A DNA stretch of 62,580 bases, the filler included, from Platydemus manokwari (taxonomy: Eukaryota), in assembly GCA_037951405.1 (NCBI GenBank). It is 5 parts of 5 records of this genome, joined end to end, with 100 filler letters (N's around TTAATTAATTAA, not from the genome) between each part and the next. Parts side by side here need not be neighbours in the genome. Positions count along the whole stretch, not along the records: positions 1 to 10,146 come from JBBMOY011163658.1; positions 10,247 to 19,206 come from JBBMOY011322204.1; 3 more parts are not named here. One strand, written 5' to 3'. The position numbers and the translations under genes were made by a program. Position 1 is the stretch's first letter, and the number at the start of each line of letters is the position of its first letter. This document shows, piece after piece, positions 1 to 12,420 of the stretch. Under the pieces are notes generated by a model. The model was not told the DNA's origin. It worked only from the letters and a program-made list of their open reading frames with translations, and ran no database searches.

Positions 1-269
1 TGCTGTGTTTATCCGGTGTTATTTTTAAAGTAATTTACTAAAAATAATTGATAAAGTCCTATTACAAGTAAAATAAATAATTGCGTTAATATTGAAAGTG
101 AGTCAATGACTCTACTATTGATTTAAGCAAATGTATTAATGCGGAGATAGAACATTTAATTATTTTTAATTTCGTGTTTTAATATTGATCATTTAGATAC
201 GATATTTTTTCAAAGAATTTTGTTCGTATCTATTATACAGAAATTTATGAACATTAATTTATAAAATTT

Positions 270-862
270 TAGATGTTGCAACTCAAAGAATACGACTTAT
301 TAAAGTTGAAGTATCTAATCTTAAGTACAGGAACTTATGAAAGAGTGGAGTTAGTTAAAATAAAGTAGAGCTGTAATATCAATATATATTCTATAGTGTC
401 ACTTAAGAGATACAAATAAGCTTTTATCAGAATTTATGAAAATGGTCCCAGAGAAATTATTATACGAATGTTTATATCATTTAAAATGCAACCATTTCCT
501 CCACGCTAATGGTAAATGTCCTACGGACTTTTCAAATAATATTTGGGGAATCGATATCAATGATGAATCGTATATATTTATTAACAACATTAAATTTGAA
601 TATAAAAAATGTAAATAGAATTCTCTTTGTCCGTTTATATCAAAATTTGAAAACCGATGAATTTTTTAACGTTCTTCGCGAATGTGTTGGTGTCAGTGAA
701 AGTGAATATCGAAATTTGGAAATGGATTTCAACAAATTGAATGTCAATGTTTATTTACCGAAAATTCAAGATTGGTTAATGAAGAATAACATTCCATTTG
801 CTGAAGAAATATCAACATTTCAAGTGGAAAGGTCATTTAGGAAAGGTGATTTTTTATATTGA
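270..862 (+). mobile_element. Degenerate Merlin (IS1595/ISXO2-like) transposase remnant
   Basis: Frameshifted pieces read L*KSGVS (decayed W-x-C-x2-C), IWGIDINDES, YRNL...KLNVN and FQVERSFRK, loosely following Merlin motif order. Includes track ORFs 436..618 and 509..862. Confidence 0.3.
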
Positions 863-1075
863 TATGATCCTTAATCGTTCTAATTCAATTTTTAATAAAA
901 TACAAATAGTTTGAATTAATGGCTATTTCTTTTATTAATATTCAGGTAAAAAGTACATAAAATAAAGTTCGTTACGTTAACTAGGGGTTTTCTAGAATTC
1001 TGAAAATAAAAGCTTAAACCAATATATTGGTTAATAACGAAAACGTAGTCTTTAATTTTAGACTCATAGTTATTC

Positions 1076-1137
1076 AAATATCTCAGATGTTTGTTTAAAT
1101 ATTCAGAATTAGTCTTTGAATTAATAAAAGTTATGAC
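1076..1137 (+). repeat. ~61-bp direct repeat, copy 1 (copy 2 at 3998-4058)
   Basis: aaatatctcagatgtttgtttaaatattcagaattagtctttgaattaataaaagttatgac differs from copy 2 by 3 substitutions and 1 indel. Confidence 0.9.
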
Positions 1138-2399
1138 ATGATAGTATGTTACTGGGGGCGGCTCCGAAATAATTGAGTTCACTTGAGCAAGACGAAACAA
1201 AAGTCAAAAGATATTTTCTAATTTGTCACAGAAAACACAAGAGATGTTGGATCAATAGAATGGGAAACTTGTAGAAATTCAATTTCAAACCATAGTAACG
1301 TAAGGGAACTGATCATGGAGATACAGATCATGTAAATCGTTCTGTTCCCAATGTTTTACTCAACATTAAGGGGTTAAGGAGGGCAAGTCAAAAATTTGAT
1401 TTATCAACAAAATATCTGTTAGTTATTGTTGATAGATTAACTGAATAAGTGAATCCAGTTCAATTAACAAATGTTGGATTTATAGATACAGTACACTAAA
1501 ATCGATACCCACAGATTGAAGCAAAAATTTAAAGGTAAAAGATAAAACAATCGGCTATATGTTTTCGAATTAAACAAGAATTGGTAACTACAAATTTATT
1601 TAGCATAAAATTGGTCTTCACGAGGCGATGGGAAACCCACTCACCTCGATTTTAATAAATTTTTATGTCTTATAAAGCGGTATCTTCTTTAATTGAGTTT
1701 GCAGTGGTGCTCTGAGTTTCGGGAGCATCAAATCTCTGTGCTTCGCCAATAGTTTTTTTTTTTATCTTTGCGTTTTGAATTGAGATTGCTGAGATAGATT
1801 CCAGTGAGTAATGAGTTCAGTCGGAGTAGATGGCCAGTTGATTTTTTTGTCTTATAGCTTGGTAGTGTTAGCAGTAGACATGGTTGTAACGAAGAGTTAG
1901 TTGGTTGATTGCAGTATTGTTTGTTTGCTTGAAACAGATCATCAGATATGTTTCGGATGATTGGATGATTGAAATGTTTGGGGAGTCGTGTTCACTAGGC
2001 TAGGAGTAAGTTGTCGTAGAATTCTGGGAAGCTGGGTGTGAGATCCTATTTGGGTAGAGCAGGTGAGTTTATATAAGTTACTAATAAGTTCCTTTAAAAA
2101 GTTGATGAATGGTAACTAGATGAGAAAATTATATTTGGATGATAATTTTAAAATTTTGTATTTAATGAAAATGATTACTATATAGTTAAGCAGTGTGAAA
2201 ATTTGGAGGTCTGTTAATTATTATGAAAAGTTCTAAGATGTGAATGAATTTAATATGAATGTGATATCTAAGATGATGAAAATTGATAAGTATTTAAATT
2301 GAGTGAAACAAGAAATGATTAAAGGTGATGAATGACAAAGATATAATTAAGGAGCAGTATTAATCTATTACTGTGTGAGGGGGCGTGATGTGTCGCAAG

Positions 2400-3997
2400 C
2401 ATCTCTTAATAGTGCTGTGATTATTAGTGAAGACAGAAAATTAGTTCTTGTGATTTCGAGTCATATGTTAAGGACATCTAATGTAGCTTGGTGCCTATTA
2501 GTGATAGCTGTTTGTTTTGGTATGGATTTGTATTTGTCGTAGTTCAGTGATCTATATAGGTCAAAGTTAGTGTCCATATCATATGGTATTTTAAGATCTA
2601 TAATGTACGTGTTTTTTTTTTGCATTATTACGCATAATTAGGTGAGGTCTAAGCTTTGTGTTGATCTCAGTTGGTGTTGAATCTATATCAGTGTCTATTC
2701 CAAGGGACTGAAAGTATTTTTCCTATGATGTCAAGTATCATGGCGTGTGGTTTACTGCTTTTTCCGGGTATGGCAGGGTAATGTATGAAAACATGTGCAG
2801 CGGTTTGAGGTTCAGTGTTACATCTTCTTCAGAGCAGGGACTTATGAAACTTAATGAAGTATGGGGAGTATTTAAGGAGGAGGAGGAGGAGGTTATTCCG
2901 GGCCCAGTGGGTGAAAATCCAGACTTCAGGAGAAAAGTGATAATTATTGAGTTGTTTTTGGGAACGTGGTGAAGCAGAAAAACAGTGAACCAGACGACCT
3001 TGTTTTTTGAGGGTCTTCCACTGGTTATAATAGATCATTTGGACAGCGTCATGGAATATATCTGAGAATTTGTTCCTCTTTACGACTGAAAAGAAACGTG
3101 AGGTCGTTTCCAGTGGTAATTATGATGCGGGTTTCGAATTCATGATTTAAGAATTCAATGTTGATGCTGTATTTTCGTAATTTTCTAACTGAGAAACGGA
3201 TTTTTGTCCACCAAGTTGAGAAGGGGTGTTTAGATGAGGGGATATTGTAGTTTAGTCATGAGCGTGCAGTGTGTATGGCATTTGGGTGAGATGGCTCGAG
3301 TCTTTTACTAACAATGTATAGCAAGTGTGATACAATAAATTCACCGAATGTGGAATCAAGGCTGGTCAGATATCGAAAAGAGCAAACTATGGATTGTATG
3401 CAATATTCAAGTAGAAATGGTGTGAGTGCCAAATCACCGAGTTTGGGTGGTGAATAAAAGAAGGGAATGTTTGATGATTTAGAGCCATTCATCTTAAGTA
3501 TATCTCGGGCAATTTATCGAATTCGTTTGTCGAAGGCTTGAGATTTCGAATTGTCTCCGTCTTGTATTAGGATACGGGAGTCAAGTTGCGTTGTTTCAAC
3601 CTGTTGAATTCTGAAATGGAAGTGGAGTCTTAAGTGGAGAAAGGTATGATAAGCTTGGAATTTTTGGGATAGGTGTAAGCGGGATGTGGCAATGTTTTCA
3701 AAGTCAAAGAGGATGTCACAAAGGATATTTGAAATAGAGGCATGTTTTGGGTAGGCCAAAGAGGGCTCCTAAGTATTTGTAAAATTTTTCGTCGTCAATA
3801 ATAGGGATTGGGTCATTTTTAAGAGTAAGGTCTATACGATTTTTTGCGTTGTATGTGAAGTAGCCGCATTTTCTAGTTTTCAGGTCCTTAGAGAATTTTT
3901 AAATTTCTAAGACAACATCAAGTACTTCTTGATTCCCAGGCACAACCCAATTTCTGTCAAAATTAACTTGAAAGGACAATTTGAAAGAGATGTTAGA
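2400..3997 (-). mobile_element. 5'-truncated, degenerate non-LTR retrotransposon with restriction-like endonuclease (R2/NeSL supergroup)
   Basis: Minus strand gives RT-end FYKYLG (~3770), FFYSPPKLGDL (ORF 3256..3492), then KLRPHLI...TYIIDLKIPYD...KYK (PD-(D/E)xK endonuclease, ~2530-2660). Many stops and frameshifts. The 3' UTR may extend leftwards. Confidence 0.75.
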
Positions 3998-4058
3998 AAA
4001 TATCTGAGATGTTTGTTTAAATATTCAGAAATAGTTTTTGAATTAATAAAGTTATGAC
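3998..4058 (+). repeat. ~61-bp direct repeat, copy 2
   Basis: Matches 1076-1137 and sits close to the truncated 5' end of the non-LTR element. Confidence 0.9.
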
Positions 4059-6779
4059 TTTATGTTGTCTTTTTACTCATAATAATATATTAATGCTATG
4101 ATGTAACCAAAAATTAATCTTTATAATAATTATAAGAATTATTTATTTATATCTTTGAAATTTAATAACATGTTTTTATTTTCTTTCTTATTTGTTTTAA
4201 TGATTTATATTGGAAATTTCATTTTCAGTTACCACACAGTGAATTACTTTTAGTCTATTCAAATGTGCCTTTAGTCTCTACATGCATGACCTGTGTTAGT
4301 TGTTTTCTTTGTTGACATTTCCCCATTGACATTCTTACCAATGACTTTCTTGATTTTTACTAATTGGTAGTTCTATATTTCCGTCGATATTTGGTTATTA
4401 TCAATTGATATGCTCAACTTGTATCTGGATTAGTGTTGATAATTTAATTGAGCTGTTGATTTGGAATTATATAATTTTTAATTAATGCTTTCTATTTGTA
4501 GAGCGCTCACAAATGAAAGGTATTTGATTTTATTATTATTATCATCATTATAATAATTATTATTATTAAAGATAATTAACGGCTTATTAAATTTATTTGG
4601 GTTTTATTTTCATGATTTATGAGTAATTTGCTTATTATTTCGATTCTTGTTCGTTATATTTTCCGAAGACCTCTATAAAACGTATGAAGATGAATCACAA
4701 ATATTTTCCATAAACTTTAAATTGTACCCCAATGTCGTTAGATATTTATAAAATAATTGATACAATTTCAACTCTGCTCTCTTCACAACAATATCCTGTA
4801 AAATAACATAATGACTTATTCAAATTACAAAACAAAATGGAATTAAAGCGATGCTGTATTAGTAATTCGTGGGTGTGAATACCGACAATAACACATCGCA
4901 GTTTACTAGAGAAATAAAGCAGAATAAACAGTTATTATTTTTCGATTTTATTTTAACATTTAAGTACTACATAAGTTGAAAATAAAAATCAAATCCGAAT
5001 GAAAAGCAAAAGTTAATTTCTATGAAATTAAAAATTCCAAATGCTATGGAACAACAACTCTTAGCTTCTTTCAATGATTGCTGTAGCTGTGTATGTGTGT
5101 ATTCTGAAAAAATTTTAAATAATCAATGATATAGGAATGTGATATTTTCCATTAAACTACTGAAACTCGGTGTCCATTCAACGTGCCTTTTGAATTGGTT
5201 TGTGTGTTCCGTTAGTGTTGCAATGTGTTGAAACATCAAGTTCGTATTTTCTTATAACATATTTGGATTATGAAACATTGAACTTAATATGTGATTTTAT
5301 ACCGGTTTAGGGATTATTGAACGGTCTATGACTGGAAAAATTATTGTATTTAAAAATGTTTATGTTAAATATGTGAATTGAATTTATTTGTAAATAATGA
5401 AGGCTTTTTAAAATATTTATTTTTAAAATAAAAATTACATTTCTATGAATCTACCACTTTAATTTTATGTTCATCATTGTTAAGACTGTGTCAGATATTT
5501 GAAATTAACTACCGCGCTTGACATTATTGCTATCTAAAAATTATAACGTTAAAATTATAATAATTTATTCTAATTTTCTTAAGCGAAATAATGTTTCTGT
5601 AAAACGGAATTAAATTTATTTCTCTTCTCATACTGATTACAACGTTTGTCTCATTTTTTTGTTATCGTATATCTTCTTTTTCTAAAGTATTAGATCTGTG
5701 TGAGCGTTTGACGGGTCATTGGGTATTCTAGATTTGTCCAATAAATAATGTGAATTTTCTGAAATTAACGGTTACAATCTTTTTCAGTGTTTTCAAAAGT
5801 CAAAGGTATTTCAAATTTTTAATTTGCAGTGCACAAATTGCTTTTAGATCATTTAATCTCAATTTTATATCCAGAATTTTTGTCTTTTATCATATTAAAC
5901 ATTTCTGATAATTGATAATATTCAGTGTAGAATATTTCTTCTACTCTTTTCTTATAAGATCAAAAGTTTTATAATATTTATTCAATACAAGTTGTTTCAA
6001 TATAAATGCCATCTTATTAATAGTCGTTATCGAGTATCTGCTGTACCAATCACTAAACAATGAAAGTTACAAAATCGCAGCTAAAGTTAACAATCATTTC
6101 ACATTAAAATTTAATATTATTTACTTTAATTTATATTCATTGGTAATAATTTTCAGAATTCTCTTGTTGGATTAAGACAAAAGGTAATTGAAATAGTTAT
6201 ATTTTTGTGGGTTTAATTTCTCTTATAATGAAAATTTTAATTGAATTTTTTAAATTATTATTTGCTCATTATAATCAAATAAATATAATTGCTAAAAAAT
6301 AAAAAGTAAGCCGTTGTTTGCTGTTTGATTACATCGGTAGTTAGCAAAAATTATTTTCTAGATTCAGGAGATACCAAAATCTGTGTTTCTTACTATTATT
6401 AATAGCACCTTTCCAAACTACTTGATTTCTTAGGATCATCCTTTATAAATTGCAATAATAGACATTTCTCAAAACCATTTTAGTTTTTTGTGCACTTTAG
6501 TTTTCTAAATCTATAATTTCTTAATATAGTTGTCATCCATTTTCATCTTTATTCGAAATCTCCAAAAATATTTATGTATATTCTCAATATTCTATACATT
6601 TCTAAGTTTCTCTGATTTTTTTAGAACTTTTAGTCTTTATGGTATTCCATTTTTTCCTAAATTATTACCGTTTAATAATGAATATATATTTGATAAATAA
6701 TTTTTGAATTATCCAATGAAACGTAAATATATTAAAGACGATACAATTTGTTTGAATGTTGTGGTTCAATATAAATTTG

Positions 6780-7140
6780 TGTATTAACATCTTAATTCGT
6801 TTTCAATCCGTGCTTAATGAAATGGTAGCACTAAAAATGTATGTCATGGTTCATAGTTTATGGAAAATAATTTGATTTCAGTGATTATATTTACTCCAAT
6901 CTTGAATGTAATTAAAATGGGTTGGTGTATATATAAAATGAACTGTAGACAATTTAAGTGTAAGTTGTAACTATTCTACTTTTACAAATAGAATATTGAC
7001 TGTGGATCTTGAAAGCAATTTTAAACAGTATTTTAATGGAATCAATGACTCCACATAATTGTGTTCTTTCATATCCATATCATTTTCCCATTTTTGTACT
7101 TTTCATTAATTGTTAATTCCTGATTATGAATTCGGCATTT
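6780..7140 (-). mobile_element. Degenerate Merlin (ISXO2-like) transposase remnant
   Basis: Minus-strand pieces KCRIHNQEL..NGKMIWI, LCGVIDS, DWSKY and TMNHDIHF follow Merlin's G..D / SD.W..Y / TVNH..F order. Confidence 0.45.
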
Positions 7141-8610
7141 ATAAATAATTTACATTTTCACTGTATCCCTCACTACTTCTATCGCTAATTATATATTATC
7201 AATTAGTTATATTTTATTATAATTTTCTTTTATATACGTTTTAATAATCCCGTATTCATAAGATTTCTTTTTGCTCAAATTTTTAGGAGACATTGAAGGT
7301 TTTATTGATTTCTGTCTTCCTTCCATGTTACTATACGAAATTTTTAAGTGGTTCAATTCAAAATAGTGTCAGTATTCTTATTCTTTTTCATTAAAAGTTT
7401 CTTTTTATCATTTGAATTATTTCTGTTTAAAATTTTGACAACTCTGTTCCATAATTGGAGAAATTTTATTATTTATGATTTTACAAACTATCATTTCATA
7501 ACGATTCACATTACTTAAATTATGTAAAAGCCTCGTTTATAACCTGTTGGTTAAGCATAGAAAAAGATTAAACGTTAAAAATTGTGAGACCATGAAAAAA
7601 AAATATTTGATGATCTCTGAATCATCATTATTTTTAAACCCCGTGTCTGGTAAATATTTGCTGTTATTGAATTCACTATCTTCGGTAGAAGTTTAATAAT
7701 TGAAATACTGATAATCTTGATATCATTATCGATCCGCAAAAATTGTTGCCTAATATGCTAGAAAAAATTTTCAGCGAAACATTTAAAATTGTGGTGTGTG
7801 CGTCTGTCTAATTCACTTATATTAGAGATTTTAATAGGACCACTTTCACTCAACTAAGTTGTTAAAAAATATTAATGGTTGATATATTGATACAATTCAC
7901 GATATTGAAGTCGAAATATTGTGTGTTGAGTACTATTCAAGTGTTTCTGTTTTGTCTTGTAGTGACTTATATTGGATTCTTAATCGTTCTCTAGTATGAA
8001 GGTGTGCTTCGATTATCATTGTTCTTACTAATTAGCTTTGAATTCATTTGTTTACCTAAATAAATTCATTACTTATCTATTTTCGTGATATCTTGTAATG
8101 TATTGTTCAAGTTATTCTATAATGGCTTAACACTTCTTTTCATGTTGTCTTACATAATGGATATCTAAATATGTGAACTTTTACTTAACATGTATTGCAT
8201 TTTGTATTTTTTGGTTTTATGCAACTCGAAGGAATATGTCTGGATTTCTGGTAAGTTTACATGTACAATGGTCATGTAACCAAATCTCAATCTAGCCCAA
8301 TCAATCTAGTGACTAAAAGGCCTATTTTTTTAAAAATCAAATGTATTTCCTAAATTTATTATATATTTTAATTATTTATTTTATTTTTATTATCTTTAAT
8401 TCTTAGAGATATTTATTGTTTTTTATTTATTATTTACTACATCTGTTTACCATGCGATTAAATTGGTTCTTATACCTAACATATATGTAATCATCATTTA
8501 TCTGAAGCAGTGACAATGTGATTTGATCCATTTAAGAGTGTATTGGTTTGAATAAAATGATTGGAATTTGTCAATATATAAAGCATTTTTAACTCAAACA
8601 TTTATTTTAG

Positions 8611-9968
8611 GCGTCTGCTTAGTTATCAGTAATGAAAATTTTATTGCTCTCGATGTTAGAGAAGGAACAAAGTTTGATGAAGAAAGAATTGCCAAAACAT
8701 TCATTAAACTACAGTTTAGTGTGTATGTAGGTACAAATAGTTTTCAATTATCTCTCTATAAATTCTAATTTATATTTGTCTTGGCTAGAATTGATCAAGT
8801 TATAAGTAAATCAATAATAACCAATCATAATTTACGATAATTAAACATCATTTCTGTTCTATCAACGGACCTTAAGTCGATTGTTTCCAAGAATATTTTA
8901 TATATAAATTTATATATTTAAAAAATAAAATAAAATGACCACATGACCACAAATGATATTTGAATGTGTGATATGATTGAACACATTTTTGAGTAGAAAA
9001 ATAGATTATAAGCAATCATTACAAGATCATAATAAACACTGTCGAGTTGGACATCTATTATCACATCGTTTGGAATTCTGTGCTTTCATTTTTGTCTTTT
9101 TCAGATTATTAAAAAAATTACATGGTATATAAAAGATGAAAAATTCTTGAAAACATTTCTATAATGATATCAATTAAAACAAATAAACATAATAAAGTAG
9201 AATTTTGACACAAAACTTTTGTTTACAGTTGTCATGAGAGATGGTTAAGAGTAAATTTGTTTTGATTTCTTCACCAACATAAACATTCAAAGAATCAACC
9301 ATGCATTAGATTTATCAGCGATATTCTAATTATTAATATCAAAAATTTTCATATAAAAATGAATGAGAAAATTCTTAATATTTATTTATTTATTACATTT
9401 GAAATTCATTGAATAATTTCCGATTTTATCTTTATTTTAAAATTAAATTAATTTTTCTAAGATAAGAAGAAATGTCAAGAGTGTTGACATGGAAAAGTGC
9501 ATCAACGATATAAAATCGAAAGTCCATTCTGATCATGAAAAACTTATCGTTTTTGTTTTGAGTCATGGAAAGGCAAATATATTTTATACATCAGATGATA
9601 AAGAATTTGAGTTCGAGAAATTGTGGAAACCATTTACCAATTCAAATTTTCCATTATTTTGTGGAAAACCGAAATTATTTTTCTTTTTATGTTGTCAAGG
9701 AAATGAAGAACATATTGGTTAATTAGTAATAATATATAATCAGTTAGTATAAGTTGGGATTTCTAGGTGTGGAAAATGATTTATCACTTCAAGTTGATAA
9801 TGTGGATTCTTCTAAATCGGTGAATCCCAATCGTCATACAGTATCTGATAAATCGGATTTCTTTATCGGCTATTCCACTTACAAATCAAATCCGTCATAT
9901 CGAGAATCAGATAAAGGCACAATTTATATACAACATCTTTGTGAAACGATACTAGCTAATCGAGACAG
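8611..9968 (+). CDS. Caspase (peptidase C14), partial; exons 8611-8726, 9462-9717, 9767-9968; possible first exon 8190-8250; last exon not found
   Basis: Spliced frame reads GVCLVISNENF..REGTKFD..FSVY|IRRNVKS..VFVLSHG..GKPKLFFFLCCQG..|..SDFFIGYST..SYR..GTIYIQHLC. GT-AG junctions are phase-compatible (735-nt and 49-nt introns). Catalytic His-Gly and Cys are present. Confidence 0.9.
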
Positions 9969-10069
9969 GTATCTGATAAAAATGCCCACTAAAAATAATG
10001 ATTAAATATCGATTAAAGCCTCAATATATATTCTGCTGTTTGGTTGACAATCACAGATTATCTTTGAAT

Positions 10070-10070
<1 letters not shown>

Positions 10071-10126
<56 letters not shown>

Positions 10127-10146
10127 GTAATAATAATAATAATAAT
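10071..10146. repeat. (AAT)n microsatellite running into an assembly gap
   Basis: Directly visible; explains the poly-Ile pseudo-ORF 9998..10198. Confidence 0.97.
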
Positions 10147-10246
10147 NNNNNNNNNNNNNNNNNNNNNNNNNNNNNNNNNNNNNNNNNNNNTTAATTAATT
10201 AANNNNNNNNNNNNNNNNNNNNNNNNNNNNNNNNNNNNNNNNNNNN
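10147..10246. other. Artificial gap spacer N44-TTAATTAATTAA-N44
   Basis: The 12-mer gives stops in all six frames. Identical spacers occur at 19207, 28745 and 51134. Confidence 0.97.
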
Positions 10247-11128
10247 TAAATAAATATTTATTTATTTATATTCAGTTTTTTATTGTTTAAATTGTTATGA
10301 TACAAGAATACAATAATCAATAGAACATTTTCAATTTTTGGGATTTTTTTAACAATTATATTTTTTGTAAGATTTTTTAAATTTTCGCTTTGCATCAATT
10401 GGAAAATCGACTTGGACAAATATTTCGATGGAATAATGATTACATTAAAAAAATATTGAATATATAAAGAATAATGTTTTTGATGAAAATTGAAAAAATT
10501 GTTGTAACAGGGAAACCAAACAACAAAGAGGAAAATATAATTATTCAATTTACATAACCTAAATGAAACGTAAGATAAGAAGAATTCTCGTAAGTGATAA
10601 TGTGAGATCACAAAATCAATGACTTAACTTAAGCAGAATAATCTACACCAAAAGAAAGAAACTAGAGTTAAAATATTTTGGTCGTCTGTTAAGTGAAGGT
10701 AAAATACTGAGAATATATACATGAAAAGAGTATATTAAAGTTTATCCTTTCTCAGTTAAAAGAGGAGCATATTAAACACCTGGAGATATAAATAAAGAGT
10801 AGTTTTGTCGATTACTGATTAACTTAATATATAGTTATAATTATTTTAAGTCGATACGATGAACACGAATTTATTATATTCAAATAATTCATTACAGCAA
10901 TTCAAACCAGGTATGAAGCTTCTTTGTGAAGATAACTAGAATTTACGAGACACCATGATAAACATGGCAGTCTTTCAGTGTATTGAGAGAAGCACACCTC
11001 TGCACAAAAGTAAAAAGAGTATTGTTTTGTATTCTTCAAAGGTCAACAATTGGATGTGTTGCTAAGCGCTTAATAGATATATGGTGCACTCAGGATGAGG
11101 TTAGCATAGCAAAGACAATGTTCTAGAA

Positions 11129-11531
11129 CAGGGGTCTCCAAACTTTTTCAGCAAAGGGCCACTTTGCTGATTTTTTAAAATTTGAAGGGCCAAAACATAC
11201 ACGTGCAAGATCAATAATGAAATTATCGTTACATTTAAAAATCTATTTTTAACCTCGACGTCAGTTTTTTTGTTTAAAAAACTTGATTACAATTTGTCTT
11301 GAAAACTAAATGCAGTATTTCGATGCCGTTTCTTTTTTGTTAGAAATATAACGAAAAATGGAATAATCTATGTAATTTTCGTAACTCTAGGCGTTCTGGA
11401 ACATATCTAAAAACGCGATGAAACATAATTAAAAATACCGCGATTATCATAAATATGTGTATCACTTAATTTTGTCATAAAGTTCGTGTGTTTCATAGTA
11501 AGCTTGGCGGGCCGTACTTTGGAGACCCCTG
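11129..11531. mobile_element. hAT (Charlie/Buster-type) MITE, 403 bp
   Basis: TIRs caggggtctccaaa...tttggagacccctg; 8-bp TSD ttctagaa/tgctagaa (NTCTAGAN-like target); no ORF. Confidence 0.9.
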
Positions 11532-12149
11532 TGCTAGAATCGTGTGTAACTCAAATACTAAGCTGAATCGAATTTTAAATAGAATTATCTTGTTTATGAA
11601 TTCTATATTTTTATAGGTCAGTACCCTTAAGCTAGCCAATACTTAGATTAGTCACTTAATACAATTATAGCTGATATCCATTTTTCATCTTCTGCCAAAA
11701 CTAAACAATTGAACCCAGTGATCATTTATTGGTTTGGTGCTTAAATCCTCACATTTATATTATGAATGGTGATTTTAATCGAATTAAAATTTTAAAATAA
11801 CTCTTTGACATTGAACTGATATTATTAAAAATCGATTAACTTGTTAAATAAGTAGCTATAAAATGAATTTCTTAATTCAATATTGCCTTATATGTTGTCA
11901 GAAAAGATTGGAAATCTTATTTTACACAATTTATTTAAGCTTCAAATGAAATCAATAATTGGTAGTTTAAGTTGAAATAAATTTATTCTGGAGTGGTTCT
12001 ATGATCGATTAATAATAAAGCGATTTTTATTGATATAGATAATTTCTAAATATTTATTGATTCGCAAATACAAACTAATTGAAATAACGCCAAAGGAGTT
12101 TCGATCAAAAATATTCAATCGAATCGTTTAAAACTAAAATAATTAAAAA

Positions 12150-12420
12150 TACTAAAATTTTCAAACATTAGCCAATTCGACAAGTATAAATTTACAAGAC
12201 TATTTGCGGACCAGAGTCGACAAAATGTGGTGATTATGTATTCGTTAGATTGTTATCTTATTGGATTGTAGTTTAAGAATCCCTATAGTTGAAGCAATAA
12301 AATGCCGGCACTGATGAGATGCCTAAAGCTTACTCTTTATATTAACATGAAAGAATATAATAGAAGAAGTGAATAGACGGTGGGATAATGTTAATAGATG
12401 TTTGTGGAGAAAACTTCTCT
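12150..12420 (+). mobile_element. Possible Merlin transposase remnant
   Basis: GTDEM...KEYNRR resembles Merlin IDE...K.KYNRG; heavily decayed. Confidence 0.2.

Noticed and set aside
1621-1648. Small hairpin cgagg..tggg-aaa-ccca..cctcg
   Set aside because: Too short to assign; it may be retrotransposon 3' UTR structure but has no supporting motif.
7185-7237. Apparent 53-nt GT-AG intron joining stop-riddled frames, suggesting stop-codon reassignment
   Set aside because: RPLP2 and eIF3g terminate normally at TAG, long genes have no internal stops, and the region is better explained as Merlin debris.
9998-10611. Track ORFs 9998..10198 (poly-Ile) and 10258..10611
   Set aside because: Microsatellite/gap artefact and AT-rich chance ORF.
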